Origin: Halobacteriovoraceae bacterium
GTDB taxonomy: Bacteria; Bdellovibrionota; Bacteriovoracia; Bacteriovoracales; Bacteriovoracaceae
Direction: 5' to 3'
Assembly: GCA_002706205.1 (NCBI GenBank)
Contig: PAKC01000068.1
Location: forward strand, 21,259-85,258
Length of the DNA stretch: 64,000 nucleotides
Part shown: positions 55,831-64,000 of the stretch, in pieces
Layout of the letters: the number at the start of each line of letters is the position of its first letter
How positions within the stretch are numbered: the first letter of the stretch is position 1
Translations under genes and position numbers: made by a program
The notes under the pieces: model-generated
What the model saw: only the letters and a program-made list of their open reading frames with translations
The model's database searches: none
Told to the model about the DNA's origin: nothing

Positions 55831-56271
55831 TCAGTTAGAAACTTTATAAATATTAAATGTAGCCGAAGCCATAGCAACTTCCACTTCAGGTTTTATTTTT
55901 TTAAAAACATGGGCCACAACTGAACTTAAGGTTTTTCCATGGTGGACGACTTTAGCTTTAGCAATAATTTCATCACCTTCTTTTAGAGGTTTGAAATATT
56001 TTACATTTAAATCAACAGTGGAACATAATTCATCTTTTTTTAACAAATTAATGACAGCACAGCCACAAGAAAAGTCCAAAAAGCCAGAAACAACCCCTCC
56101 ATGAACTGCTGCACTTGGAGAAAGATGTTCTTGTCTTATCTTTAACTTCGTAACTAAAGTTTTTTTTGAAACATCAAAATGCTCAATTTCATAACCTAGC
56201 CATTCTCCATACTTATCCGAAAGTGGCGGTACAAATCCCCTTTGTTGTTTTAAAAATTCGACTAAATTCAT
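55831..56271 (-). CDS. PaaI-type hotdog-fold thioesterase
   Basis: The block HGGVVSGFLDFSCG and the 146-aa length. Confidence 0.75.
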   Translation of the reverse strand: MNLVEFLKQQRGFVPPLSDKYGEWLGYEIEHFDVSKKTLVTKLKIRQEHLSPSAAVHGGVVSGFLDFSCGCAVINLLKKDELCSTVDLNVKYFKPLKEGDEIIAKAKVVHHGKTLSSVVAHVFKKIKPEVEVAMASATFNIYKVSN

Positions 56272-56289
56272 TTTAAACCCTTTTCTATC

Positions 56290-56955
56290 TTATAAAACGA
56301 TCTTTTGCCCTGGTGGAATTTTCTTTTGCCCTTCAAAGTCAATTACCCACAAATCATCAGGCCCAAGAACCTCCACTTCATCCTTATTAATAAAGACTGA
56401 TGCCTCTTCACTTAAGGCTAAAATAGGCCATCCTTTATCGTATAAAAGGTCTTGCAATTGTTCATAATCATCTTCTGTTGAGTGAGCATGTAAGCACCAA
56501 TCCCCAAGAACGCCAAGACCTCTATAGTCTTGTAAACGTAATTGATCATCATCTCCATCATCTCCTAAAAAAGCAGTATGAACATCTCGCCCCAAAATGA
56601 TGGCCCCAGCACTATCTGCATAAATAGGTTTACCTAAGTCTATAAACTTTTTAATGAGATTAAAAAATGAGCTTTCACGCATTTGTTGAATAAGCTCAAA
56701 TGTATTGCCTCCTTCGATCATAAGGGCATCATAATTTAATATTTCCTCTGAAGGTTTTTTGATAAGGTCAATTTGAGATATGGGAGGGCGTTCAAAATAA
56801 TAAACGATTCTTTCCAAAGCCTCTTGCTGATCTTCGCAAGCATGGGCCAACAAAGCGACTTGACTATCGGGTTTAAGATTTTTCAAAAATACTTGATCTA
56901 TTTTTTTAAAAGATTCTTGATCTCCCCCTCCCGTTAAAAATAATTTCAAAGCCAC
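56290..56955 (-). CDS. S51-family peptidase (peptidase E / cyanophycinase fold)
   Basis: IEGGNTFELIQ and the nucleophile block YADSAGAII. Confidence 0.65.
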   Translation of the reverse strand: MALKLFLTGGGDQESFKKIDQVFLKNLKPDSQVALLAHACEDQQEALERIVYYFERPPISQIDLIKKPSEEILNYDALMIEGGNTFELIQQMRESSFFNLIKKFIDLGKPIYADSAGAIILGRDVHTAFLGDDGDDDQLRLQDYRGLGVLGDWCLHAHSTEDDYEQLQDLLYDKGWPILALSEEASVFINKDEVEVLGPDDLWVIDFEGQKKIPPGQKIVL

Positions 56956-56994
56956 TCCTTTTTATTTCATCTCGGTTTCATTTCAATAATTATA

Positions 56995-57543
56995 TCACAA
57001 TCTTGGATCTGTTTCTTGAACATATTTCTCATTTTGTGATTGTTGATAAAAATGATTTAAGTGAATAAAATCATTTCTAAAGTCATAAATATCACGATAT
57101 AAAAACCAATCAAGAGTACAAAAAACCCACCTCCCGAGAAGATTCCACTCCAGAGACATTTGATCAAAGTATGACAAAATATTTTTTATTCGTGTCAGAT
57201 TATTTTGGGAAAAGACCGAAGTATCACTTTCATCTAAGTGAAATTTTCTAAGCTGATACAGCTGAATACCCGCATCAGTCATTTCATTGATCAAGAATAA
57301 GTTTTTTTTAGTTTCTAAATCAAAAGTTTTATCCTCAAGATATTGAGCAATAAGATATGAGTCCCATATCGTCGTCTTTTCATCAACAAGAACTGGAATA
57401 CGCAAACAAGGAGAATACTTTTGAACAATCTGTTTTCCCTCATCGCTAAAAATATCTACAGCAAGGAATTTATAAACTTCTTGCCCAAGTTGAAGCCTAA
57501 TTTTTCTAACATAAGGCGAAGCTTTTGAGCCAATAAGTAACAT
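56995..57543 (-). CDS. glutathione S-transferase-like protein
   Basis: Thioredoxin-like N-domain (SKASPYVRKIRLQL and RIPVLVDE..IWDSYLIAQYL). Confidence 0.6.
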   Translation of the reverse strand: MLLIGSKASPYVRKIRLQLGQEVYKFLAVDIFSDEGKQIVQKYSPCLRIPVLVDEKTTIWDSYLIAQYLEDKTFDLETKKNLFLINEMTDAGIQLYQLRKFHLDESDTSVFSQNNLTRIKNILSYFDQMSLEWNLLGRWVFCTLDWFLYRDIYDFRNDFIHLNHFYQQSQNEKYVQETDPRL

Positions 57544-57554
57544 TATTCAAATCC

Positions 57555-59336
57555 TTATTTTTTACATTTTTTAAAATCTTCGTAGAACAATTTCATCTTC
57601 GCTGGAGGTAAGAGACCGAAAGAAACAAATGTGTCATTAAAGCATTTCAAATTAAGTTTTCCATACTTCTGTTGTAAATCATCCTTAAGCTTGCTAATCA
57701 TTAATAATCCTTCATAATATGCTGTTGCTTGCCCTGGAGATCGATAGGCATATCGTTGATATTCTAATTCAGCCATTTTTTTAGAGACACCCAAATTTTC
57801 ATGAAAAACTCTTATAACATCTTCTGAACTTGCTTGAGCTATCTGCACCATTGGATCCAGATAATAACGTGCAACTCTCCACAATCGAGTTTGCAAAGCA
57901 ATAAACTTTTCTTCTAAATCTAAATAAGGAAAAACCAAGTCTTCTGCATACAAAGCCCAACCTTCAACATTTGTAGAGTTCATAGCATATCGTGCTCGAA
58001 TAAAAGACACCTCATTCTCCACGATTCGGCTAAACTGTAAATCATGTCCAGGTCGTCCCTCATGTGCCGTCAAAATAACAGCTGCGCTTTCATAAGAAAA
58101 ATCATCAAAAGGTAGCTCTCCTGATGTAGATGTAGGCACAACAAATTCGGGCAAGATTCCATCATTATTAACCAACGGAGGAGGATTTAAATGAGGGACA
58201 GGCTTCGCCTTACTTTCAACATCACCCGCAAGTCTTATCTGAAGCTCACTTTTAGGTAAAGTTATTAAAGAATGTTTTTTAATAATTCTCTCAAGTTTTC
58301 TATTAGCATTTTGATAAAGTTTTTCAACATCTTGTAAGCTAGTGACTTGCTTTTCTTTTAAATAACGAATAACAGAAACTGGGTCATCACTTTTTAAAGA
58401 ATGCTTTTTTGCAATTTTTTTGGCAAGTTTTATAAACTGCCTATAAATTCGCTTATAGTCTTTCTTCCCTCTTTTAATAAGATCGACTGGTTCTTTTGTA
58501 ACTCCACTATCTCTTAAGTTCATTTTATAAAGCTCAAATGGTAGGTTCGCTTTGTCTCTTGTTTTTTTTAAAAAATTAGTTTTAATATAGTTGTCGTAAT
58601 AAGTTATTTTAGCTTTTAAAATTTGATATGCATCTTTCCAATCATCTCTTCCTGATTTTTCCAACAGATCTTTTATCCCAGCGACATAAGATTTCGAATT
58701 TTCTAAGTATTTTTTTACTTCTCCCTTATAAGGATAAAGTTTATTCAAATCCTTATATTGTTTTTCAAAACGATTTGTTTCATTTAAAAAAGCATCAACA
58801 AGATTATTTTTATTCTTGTCATTCATATAAAACTTAAAACGTGCCACTGCATCTTTTTTTCTTTTTAAAGGTGATTGATCATTAATCAAAGTTGCAAGAT
58901 GGTGATAAATAAGTTCACTAGCAGCATAAAAAGGTATAAAGGCTAATTTTTCTTCGGCATAAATCCAATCTAAATCCCGTTGGACATAATCCTTTAAGAT
59001 CATCATATCTGCTTTCAAATGCTTTGAATGAGTTTTTGTCACCAAATTAGAAAGCTTTTTTAGCCATTTTCTTAATAATTTTTTTTTCTTAGCAAGAGTC
59101 TTTGAATTTAAATTCATTCCTTTTTTATCAAATTCACCATATCCAAAACTCGACCCTATCTCAGGATAAATTTCTGAAATATCCCTAGTAAACTCCATTG
59201 CTATCTTGTTTGACTCAACATACCATGGACGATTTTTTGTTTCTATAACCTCATTTACTTGCTGAATTGAACAGGAAACAAACAAAAACAGACAAAAAAT
59301 ATACCGCATTATGACCTCCAAATAAATCATTGGCAA
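57555..59336 (-). CDS. DUF885-family lipoprotein (putative metallopeptidase-like)
   Basis: Lipobox FVSCS. The HEGRPGHDLQF motif is characteristic of DUF885. A likely alternative start is Met10 at 59309. Confidence 0.7.
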   Translation of the reverse strand: MPMIYLEVIMRYIFCLFLFVSCSIQQVNEVIETKNRPWYVESNKIAMEFTRDISEIYPEIGSSFGYGEFDKKGMNLNSKTLAKKKKLLRKWLKKLSNLVTKTHSKHLKADMMILKDYVQRDLDWIYAEEKLAFIPFYAASELIYHHLATLINDQSPLKRKKDAVARFKFYMNDKNKNNLVDAFLNETNRFEKQYKDLNKLYPYKGEVKKYLENSKSYVAGIKDLLEKSGRDDWKDAYQILKAKITYYDNYIKTNFLKKTRDKANLPFELYKMNLRDSGVTKEPVDLIKRGKKDYKRIYRQFIKLAKKIAKKHSLKSDDPVSVIRYLKEKQVTSLQDVEKLYQNANRKLERIIKKHSLITLPKSELQIRLAGDVESKAKPVPHLNPPPLVNNDGILPEFVVPTSTSGELPFDDFSYESAAVILTAHEGRPGHDLQFSRIVENEVSFIRARYAMNSTNVEGWALYAEDLVFPYLDLEEKFIALQTRLWRVARYYLDPMVQIAQASSEDVIRVFHENLGVSKKMAELEYQRYAYRSPGQATAYYEGLLMISKLKDDLQQKYGKLNLKCFNDTFVSFGLLPPAKMKLFYEDFKKCKK

Positions 59337-59405
59337 TCATAGCTCTTCTTATAAAGAAAAAGCAAATATGCTAAAGATATTAAGCTAACTTAATGACATT
59401 GGCCC

Positions 59406-60410
59406 CTAAGTTTCAAAGTCAAAATAATCAAAGAATTCTTCATCTTCATCTTTTGGGCTTTCTTTAAGGAAACCTAAATTATACAAGGCATCACCGGCCA
59501 TGATCATTGCTGATTGGCTGATACCTAAGATCACTCCATCGTGCTCCATTTTTATTCTGGTAATTAATTTTCCGTTTATATCTCTTAACTCTCCCACAAC
59601 TTCCTCTTTTTTGACAACTTTTCCTCGGTGAGCTTTATTAATTAAAATTCCAGCTTCATGGGCCCGAACCCATTTTGTTTTCTTTATAATCACTTTATCT
59701 TTGATATATTTTGACTTGGCCGGAATCATTTCCAATTTGGCCATAATACTTTGAACTAAGTTGACGCCATATTTTGTTATTGTTTCATCAACCCTAAGAC
59801 CTTCGCCTCCTTCAAAAACAATACAAGGCTTATTTAAATCTGAAATGGCTTGACGTAACGAACCATCTCGCAAAGAACTGTTGACAACTAAAGGTATACT
59901 AATTGCTTCTATCAGTTCTTTTATCCCCTGTGTTTTTAAATCACAACGAATTTGGGGAACATTGAAACGTCCAGGACCTCCAGAATGTAAATCAATAAAA
60001 ACATCCCCATAGCGAGTAATATTTTGAAAAATAAAGTCAGCAAAACGTGAACCAAAACTTCCTTTAGGATGTCCTGGAAAACAACGATTCAAATCCTTTC
60101 TATCTGGCAAATATCTTAGTTTATTCATAAAACCATAAATATTTACCACTGGAAGAATAATTAAAGTGCCCTGACTTAACTTGAGTTTTTTAAGCATCAA
60201 AGATTGAGCTATTCGTATTCCATTCGTTTCATCTCCATGTATACAAGCCGTAACGACAACACAAGGAGAAATCTTTTGACCAGCTCGATAAACATAAACT
60301 GGCGCTTGAACTTTTTGCAATCCATAAAAAGAAGGGAACTCCACTAATTTTGTCTGTGACTTTCCAACTTCAAAATCATCAATATTCAACTGATATACAT
60401 TTTCTTTCAA
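59406..60410 (-). CDS. AstE/AspA-family zinc deacylase (third paralog, rimK-linked)
   Basis: TTG start. Blocks ACIHGDETNG, DLNRCFPG and DLHSGG. Confidence 0.75.
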   Translation of the reverse strand: MKENVYQLNIDDFEVGKSQTKLVEFPSFYGLQKVQAPVYVYRAGQKISPCVVVTACIHGDETNGIRIAQSLMLKKLKLSQGTLIILPVVNIYGFMNKLRYLPDRKDLNRCFPGHPKGSFGSRFADFIFQNITRYGDVFIDLHSGGPGRFNVPQIRCDLKTQGIKELIEAISIPLVVNSSLRDGSLRQAISDLNKPCIVFEGGEGLRVDETITKYGVNLVQSIMAKLEMIPAKSKYIKDKVIIKKTKWVRAHEAGILINKAHRGKVVKKEEVVGELRDINGKLITRIKMEHDGVILGISQSAMIMAGDALYNLGFLKESPKDEDEEFFDYFDFET

Positions 60411-60455
60411 CTTAATTATCCTGTTTCACAATCGAGTAATTATTTTCCACATATT

Positions 60456-61307
60456 TCATAATATTTTGAGCAATATTTTTTGCGTGCAGTTTTCAATTCC
60501 TTCTAAGCCTGGCGAAGAATTCACCTCTAAAATTTTTGGGCCACTTCCCGAACGTATTATATCAATACCGGCCATATTTAAACGCATGGCCTTAGCTGCA
60601 GCTACCGCAATTTTTCTCTCTTCGGGGGTAATTTTAACCTGTAAGCCAACTCCACCTCTATGGATATTTGAGCGAAACTCTCCTTCTTTGGCCTGTCTCA
60701 TCATTGCTGCGACAACTTTATCACCAATAACGAAACATCTAATATCTGCTCCTTTTGCATCTTTAATAAATTCTTGAACTAAGAAATTGGCCTTAAGCTC
60801 TCTAAAAGCATCAATAAGACTTTCAGAAGCCTGATGAGTTTCGGCCAAGATAACTCCTCGTCCTTGTGAGCCCTCTAGCAATTTCACCACAGTGGGGGCC
60901 CCTCCAACTAATTTAATCAAAGTCTCAGTTTGCTGAGTGCTGTTTGCAAAACTCGTCTTCGGTAAAGGAAGTCCTTTTTGGGACAAGATTTGTAAAGAAC
61001 GCAATTTATCCCGCGATCTTCCAATAGAATTAGATGAGTTAAGACAATACACTCCCATCATTTCAAATTGACGTACAATGGCCATCCCATAACTGCTAAT
61101 AGAAGCTCCTATCCTTGGTATAACAGCATCAACTTTATTTAATTTTCTTTTTTTGTAATAAACCATTGGAGCTCCACTAGAAACATCCATGAAACACTCA
61201 GTCGGTCGAATAACTTCAACCGTATGTCCAAGTTCCTTTGCTTCCTCAACCATTCTTTTTGTTGAGTAAAGATGCTTATTTACTGACAAAATTACAATAT
61301 GCATCAT
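60456..61307 (-). CDS. rimK: RimK-type ATP-grasp alpha-L-glutamate ligase (3' end apparently frameshifted)
   Basis: [40 protein letters not shown] and [14 protein letters not shown] blocks. See the finding on the T6 run at 60476-60481. Confidence 0.85.
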   Translation of the reverse strand: MMHIVILSVNKHLYSTKRMVEEAKELGHTVEVIRPTECFMDVSSGAPMVYYKKRKLNKVDAVIPRIGASISSYGMAIVRQFEMMGVYCLNSSNSIGRSRDKLRSLQILSQKGLPLPKTSFANSTQQTETLIKLVGGAPTVVKLLEGSQGRGVILAETHQASESLIDAFRELKANFLVQEFIKDAKGADIRCFVIGDKVVAAMMRQAKEGEFRSNIHRGGVGLQVKITPEERKIAVAAAKAMRLNMAGIDIIRSGSGPKILEVNSSPGLEGIENCTQKILLKIL

Positions 61308-61513
61308 ATTCTCCTTTCAAAACTAACATTTCTTCCCATAATATAGCAGCTGTTGAGATTTAAATAAACTTATAAAACATTGAGTTGATCCTTACTTGAT
61401 CTCTGTATAAGAATAAGCTATCTTGCCTTTGTATTAGTTTTTCTATAGTTCATTTTATTATTAAGCTCTATTTTAATTCTAACTAACATCGATCAGATAA
61501 TATAAGAGCTTTT

Positions 61514-62242
61514 ATGACCTTAACTTCCCCTGAAATGATTAAATCAACTAAACTCTATCAAAGAAATTCCGATCTCCATCCTCAAGTTCATGCGAAACAA
61601 TTAGATAAAAAACTTGGCTTTAGAATTCCCAAGATTGAGGTAAAGCTACTGCAAAAATATCGTGCTTATTACCAACCCAATGATATCAGTAATAAAAAAC
61701 AGCATTTTAAAGGGACTCAAACATGGATAGGTTTACACCCTCAAGCGCTACAAACTCCTTATAATGATTTATATGAAGCCTTGCTTTATTTAAAAGAATA
61801 TAACATTGAAACAGTAGTCGACATTGGTGCAGGATATGGCAGAGTCGGCCTCGTGATGAACTCAATTTTTCCCACCTCAAAGTTTATTGGTTATGAAATC
61901 ATAAGAAAAAGAATGGAAGAAGCTAACCGTATTTTTAACGTATTTAATCTACAAAATTGTTCTGTCCTCCAAAAAAATGTTTTAGCTGAAGACTTTATAA
62001 TTCCTAATGCCCAGATATATTTTATTTATGACTTTAGTGAGATGGATGATATATGTAAAATCCTAGACCAGTTGTCACAACGTCTTATGCAAGAAAACTT
62101 TTTCTTAATAACAAAAGGGACTCGAGTTGATTATTTACTTGCCCATAAATATAAAGAATTTTGGTTGGCCAATAGTTTTATTCAACTTGATGAACTCAAA
62201 ATATATAGCTCTCAAGTCGATTTAAAGAAGCATGTCAAATAG
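61514..62242 (+). CDS. class I SAM-dependent methyltransferase-like protein
   Basis: Motif I-like VVDIGAGYGRVG followed by the acidic GYEI. I do not recognise the rest. Confidence 0.45.
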   Translation: MTLTSPEMIKSTKLYQRNSDLHPQVHAKQLDKKLGFRIPKIEVKLLQKYRAYYQPNDISNKKQHFKGTQTWIGLHPQALQTPYNDLYEALLYLKEYNIETVVDIGAGYGRVGLVMNSIFPTSKFIGYEIIRKRMEEANRIFNVFNLQNCSVLQKNVLAEDFIIPNAQIYFIYDFSEMDDICKILDQLSQRLMQENFFLITKGTRVDYLLAHKYKEFWLANSFIQLDELKIYSSQVDLKKHVK

Positions 62243-63005
62243 GATAATAATTAATCGCTAACATCAAAATAACCCCAGTAATGACTCCTAAAGTTGCATT
62301 CTTCTCATGCCCTTGTCGAAACAACTCTGGCAACATCTCCTGACAAATAACAAAAAGCATTGTCCCCCCTGCAAAACCCAATGCCACAGGAAGTGAGTAA
62401 CGTGAAATATCAGTCGTAAAATAACCAAGTGCTGCTGCAACAGGCTCTACAAGACCAGATAAAAAGGCCATCATAAAAGCACGATTCTTAGTGGCACCTT
62501 CCCCTAATAAACCAATCGCCACCACAAGTCCTTCAGGCATATTTTGTAAGGCGATGGCCAGGGCCAATACAAGTCCCTCAGAAGAACTCCCTGCCCCAAA
62601 ACCTACACCGACAGCTAAACCTTCAGGAAAGTTATGTAAAGAAATCGCCAATACAATTAAAGTCATACGACTCAAGTTTTTATCATGTCGCATGTCTTTA
62701 TTCTTATAAACATGTTCATGGGGTAAGTAATCATGTATAAAAATAATAAATAGATACCCCACCAATAACGACAATAAGACCACAAATAAGGCCAGATGGG
62801 GACTTAAAATGTTTTGCGCTTTATCGATACCTGGTATAATTAATGAAACAAAGGAAGCGACAAGCATTATTCCTGCACTAAAGCCAAGTCCAACATCCAA
62901 ACTTTTTTTGGAAAATTCTTTTTTAAAATAGATGGGAATCGCTCCCAGTCCCGTCGCTACGCCAGCTAATAATGTCCCATAAAGAGCAATCATTTCAGGA
63001 GACAT
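62235..63005 (-). CDS. ZIP-family zinc/iron permease (ZupT-like)
   Basis: Eight TM segments. Metal-site motifs LHNFPEGLAVG and LQNMPEGL. Confidence 0.8.
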   Translation of the reverse strand: MSPEMIALYGTLLAGVATGLGAIPIYFKKEFSKKSLDVGLGFSAGIMLVASFVSLIIPGIDKAQNILSPHLALFVVLLSLLVGYLFIIFIHDYLPHEHVYKNKDMRHDKNLSRMTLIVLAISLHNFPEGLAVGVGFGAGSSSEGLVLALAIALQNMPEGLVVAIGLLGEGATKNRAFMMAFLSGLVEPVAAALGYFTTDISRYSLPVALGFAGGTMLFVICQEMLPELFRQGHEKNATLGVITGVILMLAINYYPI

Positions 63006-64000
63006 TTAATGGCTTCCTTTCTTGGCATACTTTTGAATCATATAAGAAATTTCATGTAACTTAAAAGGTTTAGAGACAATATCTTGCATTCCCACACTAA
63101 GAAATTTCTTTTTATCGTCTTCAAATGCATTCGCAGTTAAAGCAATAATAGGCAAAGCTTTCGCATCAAAGGTCTCTCGAATTTTTTTGGTGGCTTGAAC
63201 CCCATCCATAACAGGCATTTGTATATCCATAAAAACTAAAGAGTACATCTGAGAGTGAATTAAACTCAAAGCTTCTTCTCCATGAGAAGCGATATCAAAA
63301 TCAATCTTCATTTTTTCTAATGTTTTTGACAAAATCTTTTGATTCATTAGGTTATCTTCAACGATGAGAACTTTTGCAATAGAAATGCCCTCATAACTTC
63401 CTTCTTTTCTGCTTTCACGTTCTAGTCGGTCAACTCTCTTTAAAGGAACTTTAAGGCCAAAGAGTGAACCTTTTTTATATGTGCTCTCAAATAAAATCTC
63501 TCCCTGCATAAGATCAACTATTTTTTTACAAATCGAAAGACCTAATCCCGTACCTCCATATTTTCTCACAACACTTTCATCTTGTTGGGTAAACGGATTA
63601 AAAATATACTCTTTAAACTTTTCTTCAATTCCAATTCCACTATCTTTAACTTTAAAAATGATCCAATCGATATCTTCGTCTTTCTTCTGTGTTTCTAAGC
63701 TTACCTCAATCTGTCCCTGCTCTGTAAATTTCAAGGCATTCGAAAGAAAATTACTCATGACTTGCTTAAGCCGTGTACTATCTCCTAAATAATAAAGATG
63801 ATTTAAGTTTGTTTTAAAACTCAGCTGAACATTATCTGATTTGATATTGGTTTCAAAAAGCTTAACTAAACCTTCAGTCATACTTAAAATATCTAAAGAC
63901 GATTGTTCTAACTGAATCTCTGAAGATTCAATTTTTGTAAAATCCAAAATATCATTTAAGATGATAAGTAAATTATCTCCTGATTCTTGACAAAGTAATA
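63006..64000 (-). CDS. hybrid sensor histidine kinase / response regulator, C-terminal part (gene continues past the right edge)
   Basis: HATPase blocks (N-box SNALKFT, G1 DSGIGI, G2 GGTGLGLSI) and a receiver domain (VLIVEDN..DIQMP..ALTA..K). The frame stays open upstream of the track start (..LLIILNDILDFTKIES is the end of HisKA). The stop abuts the ZIP start (TAAATG). Confidence 0.85.
   Translation of the reverse strand, partial: LLCQESGDNLLIILNDILDFTKIESSEIQLEQSSLDILSMTEGLVKLFETNIKSDNVQLSFKTNLNHLYYLGDSTRLKQVMSNFLSNALKFTEQGQIEVSLETQKKDEDIDWIIFKVKDSGIGIEEKFKEYIFNPFTQQDESVVRKYGGTGLGLSICKKIVDLMQGEILFESTYKKGSLFGLKVPLKRVDRLERESRKEGSYEGISIAKVLIVEDNLMNQKILSKTLEKMKIDFDIASHGEEALSLIHSQMYSLVFMDIQMPVMDGVQATKKIRETFDAKALPIIALTANAFEDDKKKFLSVGMQDIVSKPFKLHEISYMIQKYAKKGSH

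Noticed and set aside
1-64000. Search for CRISPR arrays, IS elements, integrases, prophage genes, and toxin-antitoxin or restriction/defence genes.
   Set aside because: No spaced direct repeats, transposase or recombinase motifs, or recognisable defence proteins were seen in any frame. The window looks like core or metabolic-accessory chromosome rather than a mobile island.

Overview
This is a visibly AT-rich (not computed), densely coding bacterial chromosomal segment. I can support about 60 CDS. Junctions are short or overlapping, the code is standard, and several starts are TTG or GTG. I saw no rRNA, tRNA, CRISPR array, transposase, integrase or phage gene. The many secreted hydrolases, lipoproteins and compatible-solute genes would fit a marine predatory Bdellovibrio-like organism such as Halobacteriovorax, but that is a guess.

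Gene content from left to right:
- 1-202: N-terminal fragment of a Ser/Thr kinase, running off the left edge.
- 296-8469: an amino-acid-derivative island with an M28 aminopeptidase, two AstE/AspA-family deacylases, a gamma-family PLP enzyme, an M24 hydrolase, an ATP-grasp-like ligase and a LysR regulator.
- 8593-9026: a translationally coupled pair of small secreted proteins, one very basic and one very acidic.
- 9154-10604: corA-like transporter and coaD.
- 10681-15094: a GH13 sugar phosphorylase, a glycerate kinase and an SSS symporter.
- 15091-16812: a trypsin-LRR lipoprotein.
- 16927-37319: the most unusual part, a roughly 20 kb convergent two-operon lipid assembly and export locus. It holds a FAAL, an OleC-like ligase, a KASIII, an SDR, a hydrolase, a hexapeptide acyltransferase, a heme-oxygenase-like diiron protein and two ACPs. 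It also holds a dedicated biotin carboxylase, an ACAD-like protein, a 2-hydroxyacid dehydrogenase, a GH3 ligase and an OM barrel + LolA-like + MMPL + MFS export set. Its parts list resembles mycolate-type and Ole/beta-lactone head-to-head condensation, and I do not recognise it as a described pathway.
- 38722-42469: a persulfide/sulfite module controlled by a Crp/FNR-family regulator that is bracketed by two near-identical boxes.
- 42425-48962: ftsH, a usp gene, a dienelactone hydrolase, a 937-aa HExxH protein and an FMN reductase.
- 49070-50320: an Omp85-family gene interrupted by one in-frame TAA.
- 50376-59336: a CoA-transferase, a Spy-like lipoprotein, a patatin, a methyltransferase, an XRE-like/GNAT-like pair, and the PaaI, S51, GST and DUF885 genes.
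- 59406-61307: a third AstE/AspA paralog next to rimK, which has an apparent homopolymer frameshift at its 3' end.
- 61514-64000: a methyltransferase, a ZIP transporter and a partial hybrid histidine kinase running off the right edge.

All functional calls rest on motif reading of the supplied translations. No database search was run.
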